A stretch of 64,000 nt of DNA from an uncultured Elusimicrobiales bacterium (GCA_964520045.1 CAZFMJ010000006.1:1390-65389), one strand, 5' to 3'; positions 45,924 through 56,478 are shown, numbered from the stretch's first letter. Program-made: numbers and translations. Notes: generated from the letters alone by a model not told the origin.

Positions 45924-47303
45924 ATGGTAAAAAAAGATTTTGGAATTCTTGTGCTTGCCGCAGGGCTCGGCACCCGCATGAAATCGGGTCTGCCCAAGAT
46001 GCTTCACCCCGTGGCCGGTATGCCGATGATAGGCAGGATATTAAAGACCATACAGCCCCTTAAATCTTCCGGCATATGCCTTGTCGTGGGCCATGAAGCA
46101 GGCAGGGTCAGGCAGGAAATTCTGTCAAAGCTGGATGACTGGGGTATCAAAGCCAAGCCGGTTTTTGTGGAGCAGAAGTTTCTTAAAGGAAGCGGCAGGG
46201 CCGTGCAGGAAGCGGCGGGGTTTGTCAAAAAGCACAAAACCCTGCTGGTTATGTGCGGAGACAGTCCGCTTATTACCGCCGGCGCTCTTTCCGGAATGCT
46301 TGAAACGTTTTTTAAGGGCGATTGCCGGGCCGTGGTTCTTACTGCTAAACTCGCGGATCCTTACGGCTACGGCAGGGTAATGCGTTCCATAGCGGGAGTA
46401 TCCGCCATAGTGGAAGAATCGGAACTGGACGGGGAAAATGCCGGTGTAAACGAGGTTAATTCCGGAATTTATGTTTTTGACTCAGCGGCGCTGGCTCAAG
46501 CCCTGAAAGAACTTAAACCCAAAGGGCCCAAAAAAGAATTTTATCTCACCGATGTCATAGAATCGATTGCGTCAAAAGGCGGGAAAATTTTGCCGTTTGT
46601 CGTTAAGGACCCGGATGAGATTTTAGGCGTTAATTCCAGAAAACAGCTTGCTTATGCCTCGTCCGTCATTAATAAGCGGACGCTTGACCGGCTTATGGCT
46701 GAAGGCGTTACGATAGCCGACCCTGATTCCACATATGTTGATGAGACAGTAAAAATAGGCAGGGACAGCGTAATCTATGCGGGAACGCACATAACAGGCA
46801 AAACTGAAATAGGCGAAAATTCCAGTATAGGGCCGTATGTTCTGCTGGAAAACAGCAGGCTGGGCAGGGAAGTGAAGGTAAAATTTTTCTGCTGCGTATA
46901 TAACAGCAGGATTCTTGACAATACCGTGGTAGGCCCCTTTTCTCATATACGGCCGGGCTGCGTCATAGGTCCTTCGGCTAAAATAGGCAATTTTACGGAA
47001 GTCAAAGCGTCTACCGTGGGCCGCGGCTCAAAAGTGCCGCATTTAAGCTATATAGGCGACACTGAAATGGCGGACGGCATAAATATCGGCGCGGGCACGA
47101 TAACCTGCAACTATGACGGCGTTGAAAAACATAAGACCATCATAGGCGCGGGCGCGTTTATAGGCTCTAATGTAAATCTTGTGGCTCCCGTTAAAATAGG
47201 CAGGCGCAGTAAGATAGGCGCAGGCTCCACTATAACGGATGACGTTCCGGCGGAAACTTTGGCGATAGCAAGGGCAAGACAGATAGTATTAAAAAAGAGG
47301 TGA
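45924..47303 (+). CDS. glmU: bifunctional UDP-GlcNAc pyrophosphorylase / GlcN-1-P acetyltransferase
   Basis: LAAGLGTRMKSGLPKMLHP plus C-terminal hexapeptide repeats. Confidence 0.9.
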   Translation: MVKKDFGILVLAAGLGTRMKSGLPKMLHPVAGMPMIGRILKTIQPLKSSGICLVVGHEAGRVRQEILSKLDDWGIKAKPVFVEQKFLKGSGRAVQEAAGFVKKHKTLLVMCGDSPLITAGALSGMLETFFKGDCRAVVLTAKLADPYGYGRVMRSIAGVSAIVEESELDGENAGVNEVNSGIYVFDSAALAQALKELKPKGPKKEFYLTDVIESIASKGGKILPFVVKDPDEILGVNSRKQLAYASSVINKRTLDRLMAEGVTIADPDSTYVDETVKIGRDSVIYAGTHITGKTEIGENSSIGPYVLLENSRLGREVKVKFFCCVYNSRILDNTVVGPFSHIRPGCVIGPSAKIGNFTEVKASTVGRGSKVPHLSYIGDTEMADGINIGAGTITCNYDGVEKHKTIIGAGAFIGSNVNLVAPVKIGRRSKIGAGSTITDDVPAETLAIARARQIVLKKR

Positions 47304-47304
47304 A

Positions 47305-48261
47305 ATGATGTCCGATAGGTGTTCCCTTAAGGGAGAACTTAAGATATTTTCCGGCAATGCCAATAAGGCTCTTGCGGAAGAAATCTGCAGGATTTTAAAA
47401 GTATCGCTGGGGAAATCCATGTCAGACAGGTTCGCTGACGGCGAAATAAACGCCCATATCATGGAAAATGTCCGAGGCTGCGACTGCTATCTTATTCAGC
47501 CTACATGCCCTCCGGTAAACGAAAATGTTATGGAGCTTCTGATTATGATGGATGCCCTGAGGCGGGCAAGCGCAGGCAGGGTTTCCGCTGTAATGCCTTA
47601 TTACGGATACGGCAGGGCTGACAGGAAAACTTCTCCCCGGGTGCCTATCACGGCTAAGCTTGTGGCCAATCTCATAACTTCAGCCGGAGCCAATAGGGTT
47701 ATAACAATAGACCTGCATGCGTCCCAGATTCAGGGATTTTTTGATATCCCGGTGGACCATCTTTATGCGTCTCCCGTTTTTCTGGATTACATAAAAAAAA
47801 GGAAATATCCCGATATGGTGGTCGTCTCTCCCGATGTGGGAGGAGTGGAAAGAGCAAGGGCTTTTGCGAAACATCTCAACGCCGGTCTGGTTATAATAGA
47901 CAAAAGGCGTCCCCGCCCCAATGAAGCTTCGGTTTATAATGTGATAGGCGCGGTGCGCGGAGCCACGGCGATAATATTTGACGATATGGTTGACACGGCC
48001 GGCACTCTGATAAAAGTGGCCGCCGCTCTTAAGGAAAGCGGGGCTAAAACCATTGTGGCGGCTGCAACTCACGGAGTATTTTCAGGAGAAGCGGTAAATC
48101 GTATTAAAAATTCTCCGCTCAAGGAGATGCTTGTCACAAACACCATCCCTGTGTCAAAAAATCTGCAGTCCAAGATAAAGGTTTTATCTGTGGCTTCCAT
48201 ACTTGCGGAAGCTATACGCAGAAATCATATGGGCATGTCTATAAGCGAAATGTTTAATTAA
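47305..48261 (+). CDS. prs: ribose-phosphate pyrophosphokinase
   Basis: KIFSGNAN, DLHASQIQGFF, IFDDMVDTAGT. Confidence 0.95.
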   Translation: MMSDRCSLKGELKIFSGNANKALAEEICRILKVSLGKSMSDRFADGEINAHIMENVRGCDCYLIQPTCPPVNENVMELLIMMDALRRASAGRVSAVMPYYGYGRADRKTSPRVPITAKLVANLITSAGANRVITIDLHASQIQGFFDIPVDHLYASPVFLDYIKKRKYPDMVVVSPDVGGVERARAFAKHLNAGLVIIDKRRPRPNEASVYNVIGAVRGATAIIFDDMVDTAGTLIKVAAALKESGAKTIVAAATHGVFSGEAVNRIKNSPLKEMLVTNTIPVSKNLQSKIKVLSVASILAEAIRRNHMGMSISEMFN

Positions 48262-48293
48262 GGGGGCATTCCGCCCCTAATTAAGGAGATATT

Positions 48294-49013
48294 ATGGAAG
48301 AAATTCAATTGAAGGCGCAGTTAAGGGAAAAAACCGGCGGGAAGGGCGTGCTTGCGGCTTTGCGCAAAAAAAGCGGTATCCCGGCCGTAGTTTACGGAGG
48401 AAAAAAACCTCCTGTTTCGGTTGAGATCCCCGAGAAAGACTTTTTAAAGCTTATTAAACGCGGTTCTAACGCGATAATAAAAATCGAATATCCCGGCAGT
48501 TCAGACACTGTAATCGTAAAAAAACTGCAGTATCATGTGGTTACGGACAGGCTGATCCATGTGGATTTTCACAGAATTTCGCTGACCGAAAAGATAGAGG
48601 TTGAGGTGCATATCCGGCTTAACGGCGAGGCGCCCGGAGTAAAACTCCACGGCGGAATCTTAGAGCATCCCACGCGCGAGATTAAAGTCCGCTGTCTGCC
48701 GACCGCCATACCCAAGGAAATACCGGTGGATATATCTTTGCTGGATATGGGCGGAAGCATTCTGGTCAAGGACATAACCGTTCCCGAAGGCGTTGAAATT
48801 CTGGAGGATATGTCCAATATAATAGCCAGCATAGTGACGGCCAAAGAAGAAGAAGTCGCCGTTCCCGCCGCTGACGCCGCAGCAGCCGCGGCCGAACCCG
48901 AGGTCGTCGCAGCCAAAGGCAAGAAAGACGAGGAGACAGCCGAAGGCGAAAAGAAAGAGGCGCCTGCCGCGGATAAAAAACCTGCGGAAAAGAAACCTGC
49001 GGAGAAGAAATAA
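48294..49013 (+). CDS. rplY: ribosomal protein L25/Ctc-form with Ala/Lys/Glu-rich tail
   Basis: GKGVLAALRKKSGIPAVVYG N-terminus, beta-barrel domain, low-complexity C-terminal tail. Confidence 0.85.
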   Translation: MEEIQLKAQLREKTGGKGVLAALRKKSGIPAVVYGGKKPPVSVEIPEKDFLKLIKRGSNAIIKIEYPGSSDTVIVKKLQYHVVTDRLIHVDFHRISLTEKIEVEVHIRLNGEAPGVKLHGGILEHPTREIKVRCLPTAIPKEIPVDISLLDMGGSILVKDITVPEGVEILEDMSNIIASIVTAKEEEVAVPAADAAAAAAEPEVVAAKGKKDEETAEGEKKEAPAADKKPAEKKPAEKK

Positions 49014-49607
49014 TTGGTTTCACATATTGAAATCGTGGCCGGGCTCGGCAATCCGGGCCCGGAATACGCCCGCACCAGACACAACGCGGGGTTTATGCTT
49101 GCCGACCTGATCAGGCAGTCAGGCGAATCTTCCGCGTGGAAATCATGGCGGGGTACGGGGGAATACTGCAGTCAGAGCCTGCCCTCGGGCAGAAGTTTTT
49201 TCCTGATACGGCCCATGACTTTCATGAATGATTCGGGAAGAATGACCGCGGATTTCGCCAGATTTCACAAAGTGCATCCTGAAGCGGTGCTTGTCTGCTT
49301 TGACGACATCTCTCTTGAGCTGGGCCGCATAAGAATACGGCAGGAAGGCTCTGCCGGAGGCCACCGCGGGATGGAGTCGGTTATAAGCGCGTTTTCTTCC
49401 CAAAATATACCGCGGCTGAGAATAGGGATAGGGCCGAGGCCTGTAAAAGCGGACTGCAAGGATTTTGTGCTTTCCGCTTTTTCCGGCGCAGAAACAACAA
49501 TTCTGCGGGATGTGCTTGAAAATGCGCGCGCGGCGGTTTCGGATATAATTGAAAAAGGCTTTTCTTATTCAATGGACCGGTATAACAACACATGTTTTCG
49601 TTCATAA
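49014..49607 (+). CDS. pth: peptidyl-tRNA hydrolase
   Basis: VAGLGNPGPEYARTRHNAGF; TTG start directly after the rplY stop. Confidence 0.9.
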   Translation: MVSHIEIVAGLGNPGPEYARTRHNAGFMLADLIRQSGESSAWKSWRGTGEYCSQSLPSGRSFFLIRPMTFMNDSGRMTADFARFHKVHPEAVLVCFDDISLELGRIRIRQEGSAGGHRGMESVISAFSSQNIPRLRIGIGPRPVKADCKDFVLSAFSGAETTILRDVLENARAAVSDIIEKGFSYSMDRYNNTCFRS

Positions 49608-49798
49608 AAATACCGCTGGGAATATTTTTCTGCTTTATCGGATTCTGCTATCTTTTCAGGCCGGCCATTCTTGAAAGGATCAAGGTTTTTATAAGGGATA
49701 CCCTTCTTAATGATTCCTATATCGCTCTCGAAAGAAAAAAATGGGGAACATTTTTTCTACTCATAGGATTCCTGCTTTTATACATGGGGATGGATTGA
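49592..49798 (+). CDS. small two-TM membrane protein, hypothetical
   Basis: Two hydrophobic stretches (GIFFCFIGFCYLF, FFLLIGFLLLY). No family recognised. Confidence 0.35.
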   Translation: MFSFIKIPLGIFFCFIGFCYLFRPAILERIKVFIRDTLLNDSYIALERKKWGTFFLLIGFLLLYMGMD

Positions 49799-49803
49799 GA
49801 AAA

Positions 49804-49915
49804 CAGTATACAGCAGATAGTATGCAGTAGACAGGAAAAAAACATACCGCTTGTCGTTTCTGCAATTTATTCTTCAGCTTCATTTTTTGACATATCACTT
49901 ACAGCTTATCTGGAT
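49804..49915. repeat. stutter repeat plus shared 17-mer module
   Basis: cagtatacagcagatagtatgcagtagacagg; TATCACTTACAGCTTAT is shared with 7729-7746. Confidence 0.55.
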
Positions 49916-50176
49916 TCCACAATCGGGGGGAATCCAGATAAAATCTTTTTTCAGTGAGCCCTATTTAGGGCACGGCGGGGTTGTGCCGGTCAACGGGGTG
50001 CAGACGCCTGTTTTGCTGAAACTATATCCCCAGCCGTTAAAAACAGATTCGTCGTATTTCCGGACAGAACATGCGGCGGCATTTGGAACCAAAGCGCAGC
50101 ATGACTCGCCATTGTTATCGTCGCAAGCAGAAACATGATAATTTAAGGCATTCCATGCGGCGCTGAGCGGAATATA

Positions 50177-51079
50177 CTAAAATTTAAGCGCTACTGATAA
50201 TCTGTGGACATTTCCGAGGTCATTGCACGGTACGAAGGCATAGTCGACTCCGAATTCCTTCTGCTTAAAGCCCGCGCCTATGCTGTAGCTGTTGGCGTCC
50301 GTCTGGACCTTGTATCCCCCGCGCACAAAGAACATGCCCGACAGGGAATATTCCATGCCTACGGAGCCGCCCATATCCGCGTCTTCTCCTATCCGCGCCA
50401 GGTCCGCTTCTACAAGGAAGCCGTTTTTGCCCAGTTTGTTCGAATAGGAAGCCCCTGCCCGTATTATCTGCGGGAGTTTTTCCTCTTCTTCGATATATTT
50501 TATCCCCTGTCCTATATTCTGCACCGCGGCGCCCAATTTTATGTTTTTGCTCGCCCTGAAAGTTCCCCCGAAATCAACCATCATCGACGAAGCCTTGAAC
50601 TCCTCGAGCATGGTGGTGCTCAGGTATTTCAAATTGGCTCCTAAGTTGAATTTCCCGAGCTTCACCCCCGGAGAAACAACCGCGAGCATATCTGATAAGC
50701 CGTTTACCGAGCTTTCGTTGCCCAAAGTGTCTATAAGCTCCACGGCTCCGGCTGTGTAATACAGGGCGGAGACGGCTATGCGGAATTTATTGGAGAGCGG
50801 TATACTTGCTCCCAGTCCGCCGAAGATGTCGCCCGCAATGCCGGTCTGGTAGAGCATTCCAGCCTGTCTTGTTGCTATGGAGGCTCCGGGGTTATAAAAT
50901 ATGCCGAATACGTCGCCGGCGGAGCAGACGTAGGCGTCCGCCATGCCGTTGGCCCTGCCGCCTACCGGCTGCATTAGTATGGCGCCCGAGGCTGTGCCGG
51001 CTCCGCTGTATGCGCAGTCCGGCAGTATAAGTCCCAAGAGTCCGAATAGAACCATTAAAACCGATTTGAGATGTTTCAT
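50177..51079 (-). CDS. outer-membrane beta-barrel protein (PorV/PorQ-like; family uncertain)
   Basis: Signal peptide, GGRANGMADAY...FYNPG N-terminal block, alternating beta-strand pattern, C-terminal aromatic ...SVALKF. Confidence 0.6.
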   Translation of the reverse strand: MKHLKSVLMVLFGLLGLILPDCAYSGAGTASGAILMQPVGGRANGMADAYVCSAGDVFGIFYNPGASIATRQAGMLYQTGIAGDIFGGLGASIPLSNKFRIAVSALYYTAGAVELIDTLGNESSVNGLSDMLAVVSPGVKLGKFNLGANLKYLSTTMLEEFKASSMMVDFGGTFRASKNIKLGAAVQNIGQGIKYIEEEEKLPQIIRAGASYSNKLGKNGFLVEADLARIGEDADMGGSVGMEYSLSGMFFVRGGYKVQTDANSYSIGAGFKQKEFGVDYAFVPCNDLGNVHRLSVALKF

Positions 51080-51625
51080 TTTAGCCTCCTTACTCCCTTA
51101 TACTAGAGATGTAGCAGGAATCTGGGGAGAAGTCCAGTAAAGATTTATTCAAGAAAAAAGTGATGGAAAATTAAGGATAATTGGGGGGTAAAAGGGGGGT
51201 CTTGAATTTTTCTTGAAAGACAAAACGACAAATAACAGAGTTCCGGGGATAGGCCGTTTAACTGCCGGTAACAGCGCGCCTTAAGTCCCGAAAACTAACT
51301 GAACGAGGCGGTCTACCGTGCGCTTCCCTGCAAAGCCGTCAAATCGAAAGACCCGAACGCCCCGAGGATGAATTTTTTGCGAAAAGCCATACAAGCTTGT
51401 CTGTGGATTTTACCATGTCCAGCCATTGGCCTTCCAGAACGCAGGGCATCGTTTTCCACGCAAGGCGCGAATTCTTTTCCATGTCATAGCTTTCCGAGAG
51501 AGTTTTCCATTTCATAGTATTTTACCGCCGTTCATAGTCTAGCCCCGCGGAAGCCGGAAATAAAGTGCCTAATGGCCTATGGCCGTACAGGTCTTAAGGC
51601 CTATGGAAAAATTTTGAGTGGTATT

Positions 51626-52441
51626 TTATATCGGCTGCGGCTGGTTATTCGCAATTTCTATTCTGCCGTATCCCGCGATCATTCCGTTCGGCATGCATGT
51701 GCCCAGAACTCCGTATCTTTTGCCTGCGGCATGAACGACGTCCGTGCATCCGCCTGATTCGGGGCCGGTGTATATTCCCACATGCCCTACTGATTTTCCT
51801 CTGTAAAAAAATACTATGTCGCCCCTTTGCGGAGCCGCCTTTTTGGGTAGAAATTTCAGCCTGTATTCTTTGCCGTTTACGTACAGCGAATGGCCTTTTT
51901 TGGCCGCATTATACTGCCCGCCCGCGCTGCGGGGAAAATTTCCGGCGTCAAAGCCGGCAGATTCCAGCGCCCGTATCACAAGCATGGAGCAGTCGATCCC
52001 GGTATTCCCGTTTCCTCCCATGACATACGGCATTCCAAAATAAGCCATTGCTCCCGATACTATTTTTTCAGACAAAGCGGCCTCATTCAAATTTTGTTTT
52101 ACTCCGGCTGCCGGTTGAATTCCATGCCGGCCTGCGCGGTATTGAAACTCCTCGGGCGAATAGCTGTTTTCTTTAATTATCATGTCAAAGGCATCTTCGG
52201 AAGGTTCTTCTGCGGACGGTTGCTTAAAAATTCCGGCAGAGGACGCGGGTTTTACGCCTGCCGCGGATTTTTGCGGCAAAACAGCGGTTGGTTTGGGATC
52301 AGGCAGAGATAATTGCGCATCCGCATCTCCGAAATAACTTTCAATAATTTCTTTTTCGCCGCTTAAAGCCCCTCCGCATAAGCAGGAAGCGGTTATAAAA
52401 TTAACAGCGATAAGCAGTAACTGCGGTTTCGGATATTCCAT
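51626..52441 (-). CDS. NlpC/P60 (C40) peptidoglycan endopeptidase lipoprotein
   Basis: Lipobox ITASC; YVMGGNGNTGIDCSMLV (catalytic Cys) and GDIVFF...GHVGIYTG (His). Confidence 0.85.
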   Translation of the reverse strand: MEYPKPQLLLIAVNFITASCLCGGALSGEKEIIESYFGDADAQLSLPDPKPTAVLPQKSAAGVKPASSAGIFKQPSAEEPSEDAFDMIIKENSYSPEEFQYRAGRHGIQPAAGVKQNLNEAALSEKIVSGAMAYFGMPYVMGGNGNTGIDCSMLVIRALESAGFDAGNFPRSAGGQYNAAKKGHSLYVNGKEYRLKFLPKKAAPQRGDIVFFYRGKSVGHVGIYTGPESGGCTDVVHAAGKRYGVLGTCMPNGMIAGYGRIEIANNQPQPI

Positions 52442-52498
52442 ACTACTGTTTTATACCCTAAGGCTTGACAAGTCAAGGGCCAAAGGACCTAGGGAAAA

Positions 52499-52999
52499 TC
52501 ATTTTGACGGAGGGAATATCCTTCTGCCTCTTGATTGGCTTATCGCCTGAGATTTTACGGAGGGAGGCGGCGCGTCTTCGATCTCGCGGTCTATCATTAT
52601 GGAAAGCCCCGAAGCCAGTATATACGCCGTGTTTTTGCAGTATCCGAGCATGTCTCCGCGGTTGAGCTGTCCCACCTGCCCGTGCCTGTTTATGTGCGCC
52701 TGCACCCTTAATTTTTCCTGCCAGGGGGGCGGGTCGGGCAGTATGAGATTATCCGAAGTGATATGGAAATGAAAAGGGAATACGGGATTGACGACGCGTT
52801 TGACCGCCACGGGTATTCCCGCCGAGTTTTCAACGGTAAGAAAAAGCAGAGTGTTGGGATAGGACGCTTTTCTTATCAGGGAAGGGGGCAGATAAACGTT
52901 GCCGGATATGTTGAACGCCCTCCGCAGAAAAAACGGATACGCGAGATATACGAAAACGGCCAGAACGCTTATCAGCAGGATCGCGAGAATTTTTTTCAT
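52499..52999 (-). CDS. hypothetical membrane-anchored protein
   Basis: N-terminal TM helix MKKILAILLISVLAVFVYLAY. No domain recognised. Confidence 0.45.
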   Translation of the reverse strand: MKKILAILLISVLAVFVYLAYPFFLRRAFNISGNVYLPPSLIRKASYPNTLLFLTVENSAGIPVAVKRVVNPVFPFHFHITSDNLILPDPPPWQEKLRVQAHINRHGQVGQLNRGDMLGYCKNTAYILASGLSIMIDREIEDAPPPSVKSQAISQSRGRRIFPPSK

Positions 53000-53013
53000 T
53001 ATAGGCCTACAAA

Positions 53014-53532
53014 CTAACAAACGGCTTTTTCCGCCATCAGAAACAGTAAATCAGATAAACGGTTTAAATAAACCGCCGCCGGACGCGCATTGCGCGTCCT
53101 CCAGACCGAGATCTCCGCCGATCGGCAGAAAGAGCGGCTTAAATGCAGAGAGGCCTCGACGGGGTTTCGCCCCGGCACGGCGAATTTCCGCATAGGCTTT
53201 AGTTCTTTCGACAGCTCAAGTATTCTGCGTTCCGTTGAAAGCACGGCTTCCTTAAGCCGGTCCGAGCGGTCCGTTCCGGCGATCAGTGCGGAGGCGGATG
53301 TCAGATGGTTTTGTATCTCTTCTATTTCCGGCGCAAGAAAACGGACGCCCCCGCGCCGGCAGGATCTTATCCGCGCTTTGCACGCGCCCAGTATGCAGAT
53401 CAGTTCGTCTATGGAAGCGCAGGCTCTGATGCGGGCATCGCCCTTTTTAATTTTTGAGCCGTCCGCAAGGGTCGTGTTTCCCCTGTCTCCCGAGCCTCCG
53501 CGCGGTTTAAACCAATTCATTTTTTCGGACAT
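53014..53532 (-). CDS. PduO-type ATP:cob(I)alamin adenosyltransferase
   Basis: GDRGNTTLADGSKIKKGDARIRACASIDEL matches the PduO/MMAB N-terminal block. Confidence 0.8.
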   Translation of the reverse strand: MSEKMNWFKPRGGSGDRGNTTLADGSKIKKGDARIRACASIDELICILGACKARIRSCRRGGVRFLAPEIEEIQNHLTSASALIAGTDRSDRLKEAVLSTERRILELSKELKPMRKFAVPGRNPVEASLHLSRSFCRSAEISVWRTRNARPAAVYLNRLSDLLFLMAEKAVC

Positions 53533-53662
53533 ATAAATTGCAGGGTCCTTTTCGTCATAGTAGATTATATGAATTTATTCCGCGTCAAAAAAATGCGGGC
53601 GCGGCGAAATCAAATTTTATATGATGGAATTATAATTCCGTAAGATGGAAAAGGAGTCTGGA

Positions 53663-53887
53663 ATGAAAGAAAAAGTTGAAAAAGCCATTGAGAAAATACG
53701 CCCCATGCTTCAGGCCGACGGCGGAGATATCGCCCTGGTGGGCGTAGACGAGGCCACCGGCACGGTGAAGGTTTCCCTCAAAGGCGCCTGCGCCTGTTGT
53801 CCCGGAGCTCAGATGACGCTGAAAATGGGAGTTGAAAGGGCATTGAAGCAGGAAATACCGGAAGTGAAACAGGTTATAGCTGTGTAA
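53663..53887 (+). CDS. NifU C-terminal-domain-like Fe-S cluster protein
   Basis: IRPMLQADGGDIALVGVD...VKVSLKGACACCPGAQMTLK. RBS aaggag lies 6 nt upstream of ATG 53663. Confidence 0.8.
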   Translation: MKEKVEKAIEKIRPMLQADGGDIALVGVDEATGTVKVSLKGACACCPGAQMTLKMGVERALKQEIPEVKQVIAV

Positions 53888-53894
53888 GCGATTC

Positions 53895-54707
53895 ATGCGG
53901 CTGGTTGATCTTCATACACACTCCATTTATTCGGACGGCACCTCCAAACCCGAGTCTGTCGCGCGGTCGGCCGCGGCAAGGAAGGTGGAACTTTTTGCTC
54001 TTGCCGACCATGATACTTTGGAGGGCTGCGGACCGGCGATGAAAGAATCCGCAGGTTTGGGCATGCCGTCATGCAGAGCCGTGGAGGTTTCCACGTGCAT
54101 CCATGACAATCTTCATATACTCGGGTACAGGGTTCCTGTAGACAATAAAAAATTTTTAGGCTGTCTTGAAGATTACCGCGCGAGGCGCGTAAACCGCATA
54201 AAGCGGATCATAGATATCCTTGCTTCGCAGGGATTAAGCGTATCCTTCAGCGATATTAACGCGGGCCCCGGCCATAGTATCGGAAGGCCTCATATAGCGG
54301 ATATGCTAAAACGCAGAGGATATGCTCGGACAAGGCACGAGGCATTTCAGAAATACCTTGTTCCGGGCAGGCCCGCTTATATCCCTTCCGCGGGGCCGTT
54401 GGTGGAGGAGGCTGTCTGCGCCATACGCGAAGCGGGGGGGATACCCGTGCTGGCGCATCCCGGCGTAATTATGAAGATAGCCGATATCCCGCGCTGGCGG
54501 GACTGCGGACTTGAAGGTCTTGAGGTTTTTTATCCGGCGCATACCATGAGCATGACACGAAAGCTTCTGGAAATTGCGGAAAGATATTCTTTGATAGCCA
54601 CTGCAGGGACGGATTATCACGGCCCCGGCAGCGGAAGGGATGATGCTATGGGTATGGAAATACCGGATGAAAATTTCAGGCAGATGCGGGAACGTTTGTT
54701 TGAATAA
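53895..54707 (+). CDS. PHP-domain phosphoesterase (TrpH/YciV-like)
   Basis: LVDLHTHSIYSDG, ALADHD, LAHP, GTDYHG. Confidence 0.8.
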   Translation: MRLVDLHTHSIYSDGTSKPESVARSAAARKVELFALADHDTLEGCGPAMKESAGLGMPSCRAVEVSTCIHDNLHILGYRVPVDNKKFLGCLEDYRARRVNRIKRIIDILASQGLSVSFSDINAGPGHSIGRPHIADMLKRRGYARTRHEAFQKYLVPGRPAYIPSAGPLVEEAVCAIREAGGIPVLAHPGVIMKIADIPRWRDCGLEGLEVFYPAHTMSMTRKLLEIAERYSLIATAGTDYHGPGSGRDDAMGMEIPDENFRQMRERLFE

Positions 54708-54718
54708 TTTTTAACGAT

Positions 54719-55459
54719 ATGGAATATATAGCTCACAGGGGCGCTTCCGGCTATGCGCCGGAAAACACCATGGCGGCTTTCAGGCTGGCCCGCGACATGG
54801 GATTGCGCAGTTTTGAGTTTGACGTGCATCTTTCAAAAGACGGCGTGCCTGTCGTTCACCATGATTATGACCTCGCGCGCACCGCGGGTATAAAGCCGCA
54901 GATAGCGGAACTTTCTTATGCCCGGCTTGCCCGTGTAAATGCGGCGCGCAATTTTTCTCCGTGGTATCCGTTTCAGCAGGTTCCCGCTTTTGAGCAGGTT
55001 ATGGAATTTCTTTCCGCGTTCGCATCCGCAATAAATATAGAAATAAAAAACGATGGCGGAATATACGAGGGAATAGAAAAAATAGTCCTTGATAAAATCT
55101 GTTTGAGCAAAAGCCGGCTTGAAAAAAGCATAATATCCAGCTTTGACTATCCGACTCTCCTGCGGCTGAGGGCGCTGCACTCCGGAGTAAGGCTGGGGCT
55201 TCTTACAAGAGACCTTTCCGTCTCCCGGATTATATACGCGGCGCGCGCGATTAAAGCTGAAACCGTGAATTTAAGCAGCAGGCGGGTCAGTGAAAGAAAA
55301 GTGAAGCTCCTGCATAAGGCCGGATTTAAGGTTTTTGTATACACAGTGAACACTTTTGAGGAGGCGGAGAATTTTAAGAAGATGGGAGCGGACGCGGTTT
55401 TTACAAATTATCCCTACGTGTCTCAGCGCGGCTGGGAAAATATAGGCGGGACTTTATGA
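54719..55459 (+). CDS. glycerophosphodiester phosphodiesterase
   Basis: IAHRGASGYAPENT, FEFDVHLSKDGVPVVHHD. Confidence 0.85.
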   Translation: MEYIAHRGASGYAPENTMAAFRLARDMGLRSFEFDVHLSKDGVPVVHHDYDLARTAGIKPQIAELSYARLARVNAARNFSPWYPFQQVPAFEQVMEFLSAFASAINIEIKNDGGIYEGIEKIVLDKICLSKSRLEKSIISSFDYPTLLRLRALHSGVRLGLLTRDLSVSRIIYAARAIKAETVNLSSRRVSERKVKLLHKAGFKVFVYTVNTFEEAENFKKMGADAVFTNYPYVSQRGWENIGGTL

Positions 55460-56478
55460 CGGAATTTTCCGGAGGAGAGATTCAATCGGAAATACGGCGT
55501 CTTGCCGGCAGAGGCATAAGGACTTTGTGCGGGGAGCAGGACTTGAAATCCGCCGCAGTTCTCACATTGGAAATAAACCGGCTGAAGAAAGAAAAGAATG
55601 CTGTTATCCCGGGCCATGTTTACCAGAGGCCCGAGATACTTCAGGGAATAGCTGATTTTACCGGGGACTCCTATAAACTGGCAAAACTCTGCTCCCAAGC
55701 CGAGGCTTCAACTATAATTTTCTGCGGAGTGAGGTTTATGGCTGAAACGGCCAAAATACTCAATTCCGAAAAGAAAGTTTATCTCCCCGCGCCGGAGGCG
55801 GGATGCACTCTCGCCGAAAGCATAACCGCGCAGAATGTGCGCGATCTCAGGGCCGGCCATCCCGGAGCTCCGGTGGTTTCGTATATAAACACGACCGCTG
55901 AGGTGAAGGCTGAAAGCGACTGCATAGTCACAAGCGCGAACGCGGAAAAGATAGTAAGGCGGTTTTACGAAAAACATAAAAAAATAATTTTCCTTCCGGA
56001 CAAGCTTATGGGCGCAAATCTTGCCAAGACTCTCGGTAAGACCATAGGAAAGGATATTATTTTATGGAACGGCACGTGCGTGGTGCATGAGCATTTTGAT
56101 CCTGAAGCTGTAGTTTTTTACCGGAAGGCTTATCCGGGAATAAAGGTTTTGGCTCATGCCGAGTGCGAGCCGAGGCTTATTGAGTCCGTGGATTTTATGG
56201 GGGGGACGGGAACCATGATGGATTATGTCAGGGACACTCCCGCCCCCGCGTATCTCCTTATCACGGAATGCGGATTCGGCGAGCTTGCGCGCATAAATTT
56301 TCCGGATAAAAACTTCATAGCCATGTGCAGACTCTGTCCGTACATGAAATACACCTCTCTTGAAACGGTGCTCAAAACGCTTCGAAACCCCGATAATTCC
56401 CAAAAAATAGAAGTTCCCGCCGAGACCGCGTCCAAAGCCGAACGCGCCATAAAAAAAATGTTTAAACTTGCGGAATAG
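55456..56478 (+). CDS. nadA: quinolinate synthase
   Basis: GHVYQRPEIL..IADFTGDS, GVRFMAETAKIL, YINT, HAEC blocks. Confidence 0.9.
   Translation: MTEFSGGEIQSEIRRLAGRGIRTLCGEQDLKSAAVLTLEINRLKKEKNAVIPGHVYQRPEILQGIADFTGDSYKLAKLCSQAEASTIIFCGVRFMAETAKILNSEKKVYLPAPEAGCTLAESITAQNVRDLRAGHPGAPVVSYINTTAEVKAESDCIVTSANAEKIVRRFYEKHKKIIFLPDKLMGANLAKTLGKTIGKDIILWNGTCVVHEHFDPEAVVFYRKAYPGIKVLAHAECEPRLIESVDFMGGTGTMMDYVRDTPAPAYLLITECGFGELARINFPDKNFIAMCRLCPYMKYTSLETVLKTLRNPDNSQKIEVPAETASKAERAIKKMFKLAE

Noticed and set aside
49961-50179. After the TAG stop of the outer-membrane protein gene, the same frame stays open for 71 more codons and encodes a Cys-rich peptide (..CDDNNGESCCALVPNAAACSVRK..GVCTPLTGTTPPCPK). 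This raised the possibility of stop-codon read-through or recoding.
   Set aside because: The OMP already ends with a canonical C-terminal ..ALKF beta-signal. TAG is used as a genuine stop by several well-conserved genes here (cas4, pruA, M28 peptidase). The extension has no start codon or RBS of its own. The chance of a 71-codon open stretch is only a few percent, but that is not compelling on its own.
51140-51625. A ~480-nt gap with no ORF in the track. It contains a 57-codon minus-strand ORF (51342-51515, MKWKTLSESYDMEKNSRLAWKTMPCVLEGQW...). I also scanned it for structured RNAs.
   Set aside because: The ORF has no convincing RBS and no recognisable family. I could not match the region to SRP, RNase P, 6S, tmRNA or riboswitch consensus features by eye. 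It remains unexplained but unsupported.
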